Program-made: the position numbers and the translations under genes | Shown: positions 12,359 through 24,074 of the stretch, piece by piece | Layout of the letters: each line of letters opens with the position of its first letter | How positions within the stretch are numbered: position 1 is the first letter of the stretch | Assembly: GCF_963921235.1 (NCBI RefSeq) | Contig: NC_086103.1 | Coordinates: forward strand, 56,172,001-56,236,000 | Source: Mobula hypostoma | Taxonomy: Eukaryota | DNA length: 64,000 nucleotides | Direction of reading: 5' to 3' | The notes under the pieces: generated by a model | Told to the model about the DNA's origin: nothing | Database searches by the model: none | What the model saw: only the letters and a program-made list of their open reading frames with translations

Positions 12359-12419
12359 AAAATGGAAGTGTCCTCAACAGATGGAAAGCAAGTTGTAATT
12401 AAGCCATATGTCATTAATG
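12359..12419 (+). CDS. NOP16: NOP16 exon 3
   Basis: ttttacAG|..G|GTTTGT, 61 nt. Reads KMEVSSTDGKQVVIKPYVIN. Phases fit the neighbouring exons. Confidence 0.9.
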
Positions 12420-12718
12420 GTTTGTATTATGAGAATTTTTATTCTTGGATATCCTCATTTTTGAATTGTTATTGACAATATAATCTTTCGCTTTGTCTTG
12501 TGTAAGTTGTTGAAGATGAATTGGTGTGGAATTTGGTGTATGGATTAGCAGAGGGCAAGACTAAAATCAAACAATGTTATTTTGGCATTGGAATTCATGC
12601 TAAATTCAGTAAATGTTGCTTTGTTAGTCACTTGTAATCATGCAAGATTATTTGCCCATATGTATGAATATGAAATAATTGTAAAGTACAACATGTAACA
12701 CACTTTTCCCCACTGCAG

Positions 12719-12825
12719 AGCTAGAGGCAGAGGCAAGCCTCCCAGAAGTGACCAAGTCCACTCTTTCCAAAGAATTCATTGACTATGTACGGCATATGAT
12801 TGAGAACTACAAGGATAATTACAAG
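12719..12825 (+). CDS. NOP16: NOP16 exon 4
   Basis: cAG|..AAG|GTATAG, 107 nt. Reads ELEAEASLPEVTKSTLSKEFIDYVRHMIENYKDNYK. Confidence 0.95.
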
Positions 12826-13690
12826 GTATAGTACTTAAGAAAAAGTATTCCGATAGGCAGAGCTTGGGTGGGTGGAATCAGCAGTAGTTATTTCAGCTCC
12901 TCTTCACTCTGGTGTTGAGCAGGTCTTTTAACGTTGGTAGCTGACAGCCAGTGATCTTCTCTGCTGAGTGGACCACTCACTACAACCTGGACTTGGAGAG
13001 GGAGAAGGCGCCAGGAAACCAAACGGTGATAGAGATATGGAAATATTGAGATATTTCCACTAGTGGGAGAATTTTAAATGGGATCCCACTTTTTAATTAA
13101 AATAAATTTCTACCGAGTAGCTGGTTAAATCAAGCCAAACTTTTTTTTTTGCAAGTAATAGGAGGATGCAACTTCAAATCAGCTTGCAGTGAGCATTGGT
13201 TAAATTTGAAATTGCACTCCCATATCCATGCTTGGAGAAAATGTTGCTGTAGCAACCAGAAATTTTGATTTGTTTTGAATAGCATGAGATAGGAAAGTAA
13301 TACATGCCAAATGTTAATGTGTTTAACAGGGAAGAACCCTGCCGGGGAGAAGAGATTTAAAAAAAACATTTGCTAGGCTAGGAGAACGAAAGCCAAATTT
13401 TCTCAACCTAAAGTATAAGATTGAACAGGTAATTCTTAGGGAAAGTAATTATTCTAAGTCTAATCTTATCCTTGGACATGGATAGGAATCAATTGCACAA
13501 TCCCTGACAAGCATTCTATACTTTGCAGCTGTTAGATATTATTAAATCTGTAACTTGGATCATTTCAATCCTTAACATAGGGTCCACAACTGATGCTTTA
13601 ACTGGAACATACTAATGATCTGAATTATGATCTGGAGTCTGTTTCAAGTGTAGAACCATTGAGCATATGCTTTACATTTTTCCCTCTTAG

Positions 13691-13831
13691 GCAATGGCAA
13701 GAGATGAGATGAACTATTACCAGGACACGCCACATCAGATCAGGAAAAAAATTGACTCTTACAAACGCTTTTATCCAAGTGAATATGCTGACTTGCTTGC
13801 TGCTGTACAGGAGAAGATGGATGTCTCTTGA
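13691..13831 (+). CDS. NOP16: NOP16 exon 5 (terminal); joined CDS 525 nt, 174 aa
   Basis: Reads AMARDEMNYYQDTPHQIRKKIDSYKRFYPSEYADLLAAVQEKMDVS*, with TGA at 13829-13831. Confidence 0.95.
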   Translation, partial: AMARDEMNYYQDTPHQIRKKIDSYKRFYPSEYADLLAAVQEKMDVS

Positions 13832-14065
13832 GACTGTATCAGTTGTGCTTTTACCCAGTCAAAATATTTTTCTGTTGTCCTTGGTTACCATTGAGTTTTG
13901 CTAAGGCACATATTAAAGTAAAATAACAATTCTTGTAAGTATTGAAACCATCTTTAAATATCAGTTCTAGAAATGAGTGACCTGACCTGTTAAACTTTTT
14001 TGATTAAATTGTATTGCCATAAAGTAACTATAACTGCTTTGATAATTCATGCTGTAAGCAAACTG

Positions 14066-14071
14066 AATAAA
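14066..14071 (+). terminator. Candidate NOP16 polyadenylation signal AATAAA (alternative ATTAAA at 13912-13917)
   Basis: Canonical hexamer about 235 nt after the stop codon. Confidence 0.5.
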
Positions 14072-14096
14072 ATATATTTTAATAGTGAGTAGGTAG

Positions 14097-17000
14097 TGTT
14101 ACGTGTCCACAGTTTTGTTTTCCTGGGAGTCCACAGTTTTGTTTACTGTGGGCATCACGTGTCCCCAGTTTCGTTTTACTGGGAGTCCACAGTTCTGTTT
14201 CTGTGAGCGTTACCTTATGACATATGCCGACGGTATAAAAGAAATGTGAACAGTGCTGAGAGGGAGTTGAAGGAAAGAGAGAGAGAGTGAAGACTACAGA
14301 CTTCAAGCTATCCGGGAACAGCTCACAATCGAGAAGGGTAAAGTCTAATGCTTACCCATACCCAAAGGATTGGGTTAATCAGCGGCACACTGTGCATTGT
14401 GGAGACATGTCTGTCCTTCGTATAATCCATGGGTGTGGATTTTGTGACAGTCACTTTGTGAAATCGCTAATGGTGGACTTCGGAATAGTATTCTTCGGCT
14501 GGGATCTTTGGTAACCGTTTCTTCATTCGCTAGCCATGAAATCTTTGGAATTCGTCGTGATCACCTCATTGCTGCACTGTGAATCCACAAGTCTCTCCTC
14601 ACCTATTTCGTGAATTACTGGGACTCTCTGAACTGCCACTTTAAGACTGTGCTTGAGTAAGATTTGTTAAGAATGGGTTCTAAGTTTGACTGCAAGGGAG
14701 CTATAGACGCATAACACTGTTAACTTCTGTTTAAGAAAGTAGTTTATTTAATTTTCTATATTTTTGAGTAGATATAAATGAACATAGTGGTCTTAATATT
14801 AAAACCTGACTCAATTTTTCATCTCTTGCTGCTGGTACATTACGAAATCGTAACAAAATTGGGGGCTCATCCGCGAAATGAACAAAATTGGAGCTTATTG
14901 ATTTATCGAACTCATTGGCTACTACACTTTTGATTGACTGGTGTGGGGAAACCAGCAGCAATGGATATTGGGGCCTTTATGGCATCGCCAGACCCTAAAG
15001 TATTAGGGGATGCCAGAAGGGGCTACTTGTTGGCCATTGCTAAAAATCTAAAACTTACTGAGGTGAAATGGTCTATGAAAAAGGTGTAGATTCAGAGGGT
15101 AATAGCTGAGCACTATATATCTACAAAGCAGTTTGATGAGATGTTAAAAAGGTTTCATGTAAGTAAAGAGGAGATCCAGTTACAACTGGAACAAATGAAG
15201 TTAGGACTTAAATTAGAGGCTGATGGTAAAGAAAGACAAAGGCAATTTGATGCTAGAGAAGCAGACAAACAAAGGGATTCGAAGCAGAAAGAGGCGGTTT
15301 GAAATGAATAAGTTAAGGCTCAAGAGAGAAGTTGCTGGCTCTAAGGAGCTGGTTGTACTGTTTGTGACCAGTCAGGAGATTAAACTGGTTCCTCCATTTG
15401 ATGAGGCTGAGGTTGATAAATACTTCCAGCATTTTGAGAAGGTTGCTCAGAGCCTAAAGTGGCTGAAAGAAAGTTGGCCTCTCTTGTTACAGAGTGTGTT
15501 TAAGGGTAAGGCTTATTCTGCTCTATCAGTTGAAGATACAGCCAAGTATGAGATTGTGAAATGGGCTGTACTTAAAGTCTATGAATTGGTTCCAGAAGCC
15601 TATAGGCAAAGGTTTAGGAATTTGAAGAAATCTGTGAACCAGACTCATGTGGAATTTGCTTATGAGAAATCTGTGTGTTTTGGAAGTTGGTGCACATCTA
15701 AAAATGTGGATGGTAATTTTGAGAAACAAAGAGTTAATTTTAATTGAAGATTTAATAGGTGCGTCCATAATGATATAAAGGCATACTTAGATGAAAAGGA
15801 TGCTACCACTTTGCAAGAGTCTGCTAAATTAGCAGATGAGTTTGCCTTAACCCACAAGTTTAAGTTTACCCCGAGTAAGACCTTCCAAAGGAGTAGCATG
15901 GATAGTCAGGGTAAACCAGAAATCAAATCTGGGTCTAGTGACAAAGGTAAGGGTGAAGGGAAACAATTAAAGGAGAAGCCCTCTGGTCCTACTTGTCACT
16001 ATCGTGGGAAACCTGGTCATATTGTGGCTAACTGTTTCCTTCTGAAAAAGAAGAAGGAAGAGGAGGCAGTTCCAGATGCCTGTGTTCAAAACATTGAAAC
16101 ACCTGTGAACCCACGGGGTTCTGAACGTTCTGATGAAGCTCTGTCAAAGGCTAAAATGTTTGGTCAGGTTAGGAAAGAATTCCTTCATTTTATGTCAGAT
16201 GGGTTTGTTTCAGTAAAGGAAGGGTCAACCCTGGTACCAGTGAAAATTCCTCAAGATACTGGGGCTTCTCAGTTACTTATGTTCGACAGTGTTCTAAAGT
16301 TTGGTGATGAGACTGCCATTGGTGAGGTAAATTTTATTCAAGGTATTGGGTGCGATGTTGTTTCTGTACCTCTGCACAAGGTAACTTTGAAGTCAGAGTT
16401 AGTTTCAGGACTTGTTAAAATAGGGCTACGACCCAGTTTACCAGTGGAAAATGTTTCTTTGTTAGGGAATGACCTAGCAGGTGGTGAAGTTGTTCCTGCA
16501 GTGCAACTAAGCCAATCAATGATGATTCAAAGATAGACCCTAACATTTATCCCTCGTGTGCAGTAACTCGAGCCGGAGCCAAGAAACTTGCCAATGCAGA
16601 TGGTCCTGTGCAACATGATTGGGCTACTCATGATAGCCCAAATAGGGAATCAGATTTTGATGTCAGGGACTTTTCTGCCTTCATAGTTTCACCAGGATCC
16701 AGGTATTAAATCTGATAAATAAAGATTTATCTCTGTCTAGGAAGGAGTTTATAGCAGAACAGAGCAGAGACCCTGAGATTGAAGCTTTAAGAGAAAAAGC
16801 TCTCTCAGGTGAGGAGATTGATAAAGTGCCAGTAGGGTATTATTTCAAAGATGGAGTGTTAATGAGAAAATGGAGACCACCTGATATTCCTGCAAGTGAG
16901 GAATGGGGAATTGTTCACCAGGTTGTAGTTCCTAAAGCCTATAGGAATGAGATTTTAACTTTGGCCCATAGTGAACCCTTGGGTGGCCATCTAGGTGTGA

Positions 17001-20000
17001 AGAAAACAGTGAACAAAGTTTTAAAACAATTCTGGGCTAGTTTGAGGAAAGATTTTGCCATATTTTGCAGGACTTGTCAGGTTGTGGGTAAACCTAATCA
17101 GAGCAACCCAGTGGCCCCACTGCAGCCTATTCCTGCATTTGGTGAACCCTTTTCTAAAGTTCTTGTGGATGTGTTGGCCCATTGCCAAAGACTAAAGCTG
17201 GTCATCAGTATTTGCTAACTATCATGTGTACAGCATCTAGATTTCCAGAGGCAACAACTCTCAGAAATATAAAAGCCAAAACTCTGTCGCAGGCTCTCAG
17301 AAAGGTTTTTACTTTATTTGGTTTGCCTAAAGAAATTCAGTCTGCTCAAGGGAGTAATTTTATGTCAGGATTATTCCAGCAGGTAGTTTACAAACTGGGA
17401 GCCAAACAGATTACGTTGTCTATGTATCATCCAGAATCCTAAGGGGCCTTGGAGAGTTCCATTCTACCCTCAAAACCAGGATTAGGACATGGTGTATTGA
17501 AAATGAGAAGGATTGGGATGAGGGAGTTCATTTGCTTTTATTTGCAGTAAGGGAGTCAGTACAAGAGTCCCTAGGCTTTAGTCCCTTTGAACTTGTGTTT
17601 GGTCACCAGGTATGAGGACCTTTGGCATTGTTAAAGGAACAGTGGGTTAACAATGACCTGCATGTTAATTTGCTAGATTATGTTTTGAAGTTCAAGGTCA
17701 AATTGCAAAGAGTTTGCAACCTAGCAAAGGAAAATTTAAAATCAGCCCAGGAAAGAAAGAAAAGTTGGTATGATAATCAAGCCAGATTGAGGTCATTCAA
17801 GCCGGGAGATAAAGTGCTTGTTTTGTTTCCTGTACGAACAAACCCTCCACAAGCTAAGTTTCATAGTCCCTATGAAATTGTGGCTAAAGTTAATGATGTG
17901 GACTATGTAGTCAAAACACCAGGTAGACGAAGGCCAACACAGCTTTGTCATGTAAATATCTTGAGCTGTATCATGAAAAACAAACTGTAGCTGTGGCGGT
18001 TGCTGTAAACAAAGATGGATGTGAGCTCTCTGGAAATTTATTAGCTGATCCATATGAGGCCTATTTTAAACTGAACATTATTTCAGCCAGATTGACATAT
18101 TTGACTATTTTGGAAAATATTGATGAGAAACTGGCTTATTTACAGCCACAGCAGTGGCAGCAGATGAAGCAGTTAATTATGAAATTAAAGGATTTATTTC
18201 CTGATATCCCAAAAAGAACTACAGTGGCTTTACATGATGTAGGTGTGGGTAATAACAAACCTATAAAACAACATCCATATCGTATGAATATTGAAAAATG
18301 TAAACTTGCTGAACAAGGAATTGAGTATATGTTAGAAAGTGATATATTAGACCTACTACTTTGGATTGGAGTTTGTCTTGTGTCATGGTATCTAAACCAG
18401 ATGGCAGTATCAGATTCTGCACTGATTACCAAAAGGTGAATGTTGTAACAAAAACAGATGCTTATCCAATCCCTAGAGTGGATGATTGTGTAGACAAGGT
18501 AGGAAAAACTAAATTTCTTACCAAGATTGATCTGTTAAAAGGATATTGGTGTGGTCCATTAACGGATAGAGGTAGAGAAATTTCTGCCTTTGTGACGCCT
18601 TCTGGGTTGTATGAATACAATGTTCTGCTATTTGGAATGAAAAATGCTCCGGAAACATTCTAGAGAATGATTCTCTAATTCAAGGGTTAAAACACACAGA
18701 TGCCTATATTGATGATTTAGTCACTGGGAATGACACCTGGGAAGCCCATATCTCTGCAGTGGAAAAGCTGTTTGACAGGCTTTCAAAAGCCAACCTTACA
18801 ATTAACCTAGCTAAGAGTGAATTTGGCCATGCCACTGTGACCTATCTTGGTTATGTTGTAGGTCAAGATAAGTTGGCTCCTGTTCAGGCAAAAGCTCAGG
18901 CAATTTCTGAGGTTCCCATTCCAACTGGGAAAAGGGCTCTTAGAAGATTTCTGGGAATGGCCGGATTTATCACAAGTTCTGTAAACTTTGCTGAAATTGT
19001 TCTTCCATTGACTAACCTCCTGAAGAAGGGTGAAAAGTTTGTTTGGACAGAACCTTGTCGGGAGGCATTTGATGAATTGAAAGCTATCTTATGTCACCAA
19101 CCTGTGCTCAGGTCACCTGATTTTGCCAAGCCGTTCTCCATAGCTGTGGATGCCAGTGATGATGCTGCAGGAGCAGTGTTACTACAAAGGGATGATTATG
19201 ATTATGTTGACCATTCTATGGCTTACTTTTCAAAGAAATTCAATGAGCATCAAAGAAATTATTCCACCATAGAAAAGGAATTATCACTTATTTTGGCTTT
19301 GCAGCATTTTGATGTGTATGTTTCCACAGCTCAGAAACCACTTGTGGTTTATACAGATCATAATCCATTGGTGTTCTTGAGTAAGCTGAAAAACAAAAAT
19401 AGGTTGCTGAATTGGAGTTTGAGTTTGATGATCTCATGATAACTCACATTAAAGGCAAAGTTAATGTAATTGCCAATTGTTTTTCCAGATGTTAAACTTG
19501 CAATGTAATTTTAATAATGGAGTAGAATTTAATATTTGTATATGCTCCTGAAATATGTTGTATTAGTTTGTAGTGTGCTGTATGATAACCATGTATGTAT
19601 TGTTCCACATATTGTAGATTGTAGTTAAAATTTTGCTCTCACAGATCATAATTTTTTTCTTCTTGGGGGAAGGTGTTACACGTCCACAGTTTTGTTTTCC
19701 TGTGAGTCCACAGTTTTGTTTCTGTGAGTGTTACCTTATGACGTATGCCGACGGAATAAAAGAAATGTGGACAGTGCTGAGAAGGAGTCGAAGGAAAGGG
19801 AGAGCAAGTGAAGACTACAGACTTTGAGCTATCTGGGAATAGCTCACGATCGAGGAGGGTAAAGTCTAATGCTTACCCATACCCAAAGGATTGGGTTAAT
19901 CAGCAGTACACTGTGCATTGTGGAGACGTGTCTGTCCTACATATGATCCATGGGTGTGGATTTTCTGACAGTCACTTTGTGAAATCACTAGCCGTGGAAT

Positions 20001-20310
20001 CTTTGGAGTTTGTCGTGATCACCTCATCGCTGCACTCTGAATCCACAAGTCTCTCCTCACCTATTTCGTGAATTACTGGGACACTCTGAACTGCCACTTT
20101 AAGACTGTGCTTGAGTAAGATTTGCTAAGAATAGGTTCTAAGTTTGACTGTAAGGGAGCTATAGACGCATAACACTGTTAACTTCTGTTTAATAAAGTAG
20201 TTTATTTAATTTTCTATATTTTTGAGTAGATAGAAATAAATATAGTAGTTTTAATATTAAAACCCGACTCAATTTGTCATCTCTTGCTGGTACGTTATGA
20301 AATCGTAACA
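14097..20310 (+). mobile_element. Full-length decayed Gmr1-like Ty3/Gypsy LTR retrotransposon
   Basis: LTRs at 14097-14855 and 19674-20310 (TGTTAC..GTAACA). 4-bp TSD GTAG (14093-14096, 20311-20314). tRNA-Pro-type PBS TGGGGGCTCATCCGCGA at 14860-14876. PPT GGGGGAAGG at 19665-19673. Confidence 0.95.
14961..19495 (+). pseudogene. gag-pol polyprotein with frameshifts and stops, order Gag-ZnK-PR-INT-RT-RNaseH
   Basis: Gag (PPFDE..YFQHFEKVA, YELVPEAYRQRFR), degenerate CCHC knuckle, protease DTGA, integrase HHCC/rve/GPY-like segments (16826-17990), RT (RFCTDYQKVN, YIDD near 18705) and RNaseH (DAS, YTDHNPL). Confidence 0.92.
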
Positions 20311-20818
20311 GTAGTTTCTGCATTTGCTTATCAAGGAGTTTTTCCTCTTATGTTTTCTTTTCATTGTTGGATCCAACTGTTTAATTTTAAGTGTCATTTT
20401 CTTTGCAGATTAACAATCAATTATCTGTTTGTATTTCAAGTAGCCTGTATATACCTAACAGTTTAATATGCCCTTAGTGGCTATACAAAGTGTAATTTCG
20501 AAGTAAATTTAATATCACAGTACATATATAATCACTGTATACAACCCTGAGATTCGTCTTCTTGTGGGCATGCTCAATAACTTCATAATGGAATAATAAC
20601 CATAATAGTATCAAGTAAAAGACTGCATCAACCTGGTCATTCAGCAAGTGTGCAAAAGGCAACAAACTGCAAATACAAAAAGAAAGAAAGAATAAGAAAT
20701 AAATTAAAATTGAGATGCAGTGTCCTTGAAAGTGAGTCCCTGGCTTGTGAGAACATTTCAGTGATGGGGCGAGTGAAGTTGTCACCTTTAGTTCCAGAGC
20801 CTGATGATTGAGGGGTAA

Positions 20819-21674
20819 CACACACAAAATGTTGGAGGAACTCAGCAGGCCAGGCAGCATCTATGGTGGGGGGGGGGCGGGAAGCACAGTTGGTCTTTCA
20901 GGCCAAAACCCTTCGGCAGGACTGGAGGAAAAAAAAGCTGAGGAGTAGATTTGAAAGGTGGGGTGAGGGGAAAGAGAAGCAGCAAGCCATAGGTGAAACC
21001 TGGAGGGGGAGAGATGAAGCAAAGAGCTAGGAAGCTGTTTAGTGAAAGAGACAGAAGGCCATGAAAGAAAGAAATAAAAAAGGAGGGGGGAGCACCAGAG
21101 GGAGGCAATGGGCGGGCAAAGAGGTAACATGAGGGAAAAGGGGATGGAAAATGGTGAAGGTCAGGAGGGGGGAAGCATTACTGGAAGTTTGAGAAATCGA
21201 TGTTCACGCCATCAGGTTGGAGGCTACCCAAATGGAATACAAGGTTCCTCCAACCCAAGTGTGGCCATATCACAACAGTGGAGGAGGCCATGATCCCCTT
21301 CACCATTTTCTCCATCCCCTTTTCCCTCTCTCATGTTATCTCCTTACCCGCCCATCGCCTTCCTCTGATGTTCCTCCACCCCCGCCCACATTTTTTCTTT
21401 CTCCCATGGCCTTCTGCCTCTCTCGCCAATCAACTTTCTAGCTCTTTGCTTCATCTCTCCCCCTCCAAGTTTCACCTATTGCCTGGTGTTTCTCTCCACT
21501 CGCCCCACCTATCAAATCTACTCCTCAGCATTTTTTCTCCAGTCCTGCTGAAGGGTTTCAGGCTGAAATGTCGACTGTGCTTTATTCCATAGACGCTAAC
21601 AGACCTGCTGAGTTCCTCCAGCATTTTGTGTGTGTTGCTCAGATTTCCAGCATCTGCAGACTTTCTCTTGTTTG
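20819..21674. mobile_element. Penelope-like element: head-to-head inverted pseudo-LTR pair
   Basis: 14-bp TSD TGATTGAGGGGTAA (20805-20818, 21675-21688). Inverted arms homologous to the element at 38.3-39.7 kb. Confidence 0.8.
21540..21577 (+). ncRNA. Minimal hammerhead-like motif, A6C core variant (CUGCUGA)
   Basis: CAGTC-CTGCTGA-AGGGTTTCAGGCT-GAAAT-GTC-GACTG. Stem I is intact; core and stem II deviate. Confidence 0.45.
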
Positions 21675-24074
21675 TGATTGAGGGGTAATAACTGTTCCTG
21701 AACCCGATGGTGTGAGTCCTGAGGCTCCTGTACCTTCCTCCTGATGCCTGCAGCAAGAACCAAATATGTCCTAGTTGGTGGAAGTCCCTGATGATAGATG
21801 CTGTTTCGTGTAGATGCACTCAATGGTGGGGAGGGCTTTACCCGTGATGGACTAGGCCGTATCCACTACTTTTTGTAGGATTTTCTGTTCAAAGGCATTA
21901 ATGCTTTCATATCAGGCTGTGATACAACCAGTCAATATACTCTCCACTACACATCTATACAAATTTGTCTAAGTTTGGATGTTATGCCAAATCTACGCAA
22001 GCTCCTAAGTAGAGGCACTGCTGTGCTTCCTTCCTAATTGCACTTGCGTGTCGGGTGCAGGACAGGTCCTCCGAAATGATAACATAAAGAAATTTAAAAT
22101 TGCTGACCCTCTCCACCTCTGATCCCTCAATGAGGATTGGCTTATGGACCCATGATTTCCTCCTCCTGAAGTTAACAATCTGCTCCTTGGTCTTGCTGAC
22201 ATTGAGTAAGAGGTGGTTGTTGTGGCACTACTCAGCCAGATGTTCAACCTCCCTCCTATTTACTGATTTGTCACCACCTTTGATTTGACTTAACGACAGT
22301 GGTATCATCAGCAAACTTGAATATGGCATTGGAGCTGTGCTTGGCCACACAGACATGTGAAACAAGTAGAGCAGAGGGCTAAGCACACAGGTGTACCTGT
22401 CCTGATGGAGATAGTGGAGGAGATGCTGCTGCCAATCAGAACTGACTGGTCTGCAAGAGAGAAATTGAGGATCCAATTGCACAGAAAGGTATTGAGGCCA
22501 AGGTCTTGAAGCTTATTGATTAGTTTTGAGAGGACGACGTGAATGCCGAGCTGTAGTTAACTTAAACGAAGAAAACCTTGATGTACCTTTACTGTTCAAA
22601 TGTTCCAGGCTGAGTGAACAGCCAGGAGATGGCATCTGCTGTGGACCTTTTGCACCAGCAGATTGGAGTGGATCCAAGTTGCTGCTCAGGCAAGTGACCT
22701 CTCAAAACACTTCATCCCTGTGGATGTAAGTGCTACTGGACAATAGTCATTGAGGCAGATTACCACGTTCTTCTCAGGCACCCATATAAGAGTAGCCTGA
22801 TTTAAATATGCGGGCACCTCACACTGCCAAAGCAAGAGGTTAAAGGGCTCCAGCCAGTTGATTAGCAAAGGTCTTTCATACATGGTGATATAACCTGTCT
22901 GGGCTGGATACTTTTCGTGGGTCCACCCTCCTGGAGGCTGCTCGCATGTAAGCCTCAGGGACTGAAATCACAGGATCATCAGGAGCTGTGGGAGTTCGTG
23001 TTGGTTCCCCCATGTTTTAACGGTCGAAGTGAGCATAAAAGGCATCGAGTTCATCTGGAAGCGAAGCCCTGTTGTGGCTTACGTTGCTTAATTTTACTTT
23101 ATAAGAGGTGATAGCATTCAAACCCCGCCACAACTGTGGAGCATCATTATTTAATTCAAGTTTAGTCCGGAATTGCCTGTAAGATGGCTTTCCGGAGATC
23201 ATATTTGGATTTCTTGTGACCAAGAATGTTACAACACCTGAATACTTCTGATCTAGCCCTTTGGAGAATGCAGATCTCATGGTTCTTCCAGTGCTTCTGT
23301 TTGGGGAAAACCTGGAAGTATAATTCTGAAAGCTCTGTTCTTTCATTAAGTGGCTAGTATTTTCTAATTGGATTATTTTTATCTATGGAATTTTCTTATC
23401 TTTTGGATTAAAATTACCTGTTTTATGCTAGGCACCATCTTTAGATCCTCTCTTCTTCGAGTAGTAAGGGCCTCTGTCACTGTCCTGTCCTTTTTCTCTT
23501 TGTTCAATCAAAGCCTTGTTTCTGAATTCTAAAAGAACCTTGGATTTCAACACCAGAATCCAACAACATATCTGTCTGATACTTCCTAATGGTATAAAAT
23601 AGCAGAAAATAATGGGAGCAGAGGTAGGGTTAAAAAATGTCCTTATTTGCCCATAGTTAAAATCATAAGCTGATACAGCAAACAACTCATCTATTAACCT
23701 ACACCTTGAATCACATCAAGAAACCTTATGAGAGTAATCAAACTTCTCTCATTGTGCTTATGATAGGACTATCAGAGCTTTTGATAAAAGGAAAATTGGA
23801 AGAATCTTGTTTACCAATATGCTTAATCTAAAACCTGTTACCACAAAGTGCAGAGATTTATTCAAAGGAACGTCAGATCACCATGAGGAAGGCAGTATAT
23901 GTTGAGAACTTTTCTTTAAAAAAAAAGTTTGTGTCGGGTATAAACACTGACAGGGATCCACAGTGTGTTTCTAGTCTATTGCATTTATTTGCAATATGGC
24001 CTCTTCTACATTGGAGAAACCAAAGGCAGATTGTGTGATCACTTTGCAGAGCACCTGCACTGAGTCCGCAGGGC

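Larger units (their letters stand above)
20505..23215 (-). mobile_element. Rex1/Babar LINE fragment interrupted by a Penelope insertion
   Basis: CLNDYCPVALTS.MKCFER and LPDELDAFYAHF motifs; sequence is continuous across the 20819-21674 insertion. Confidence 0.8.
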
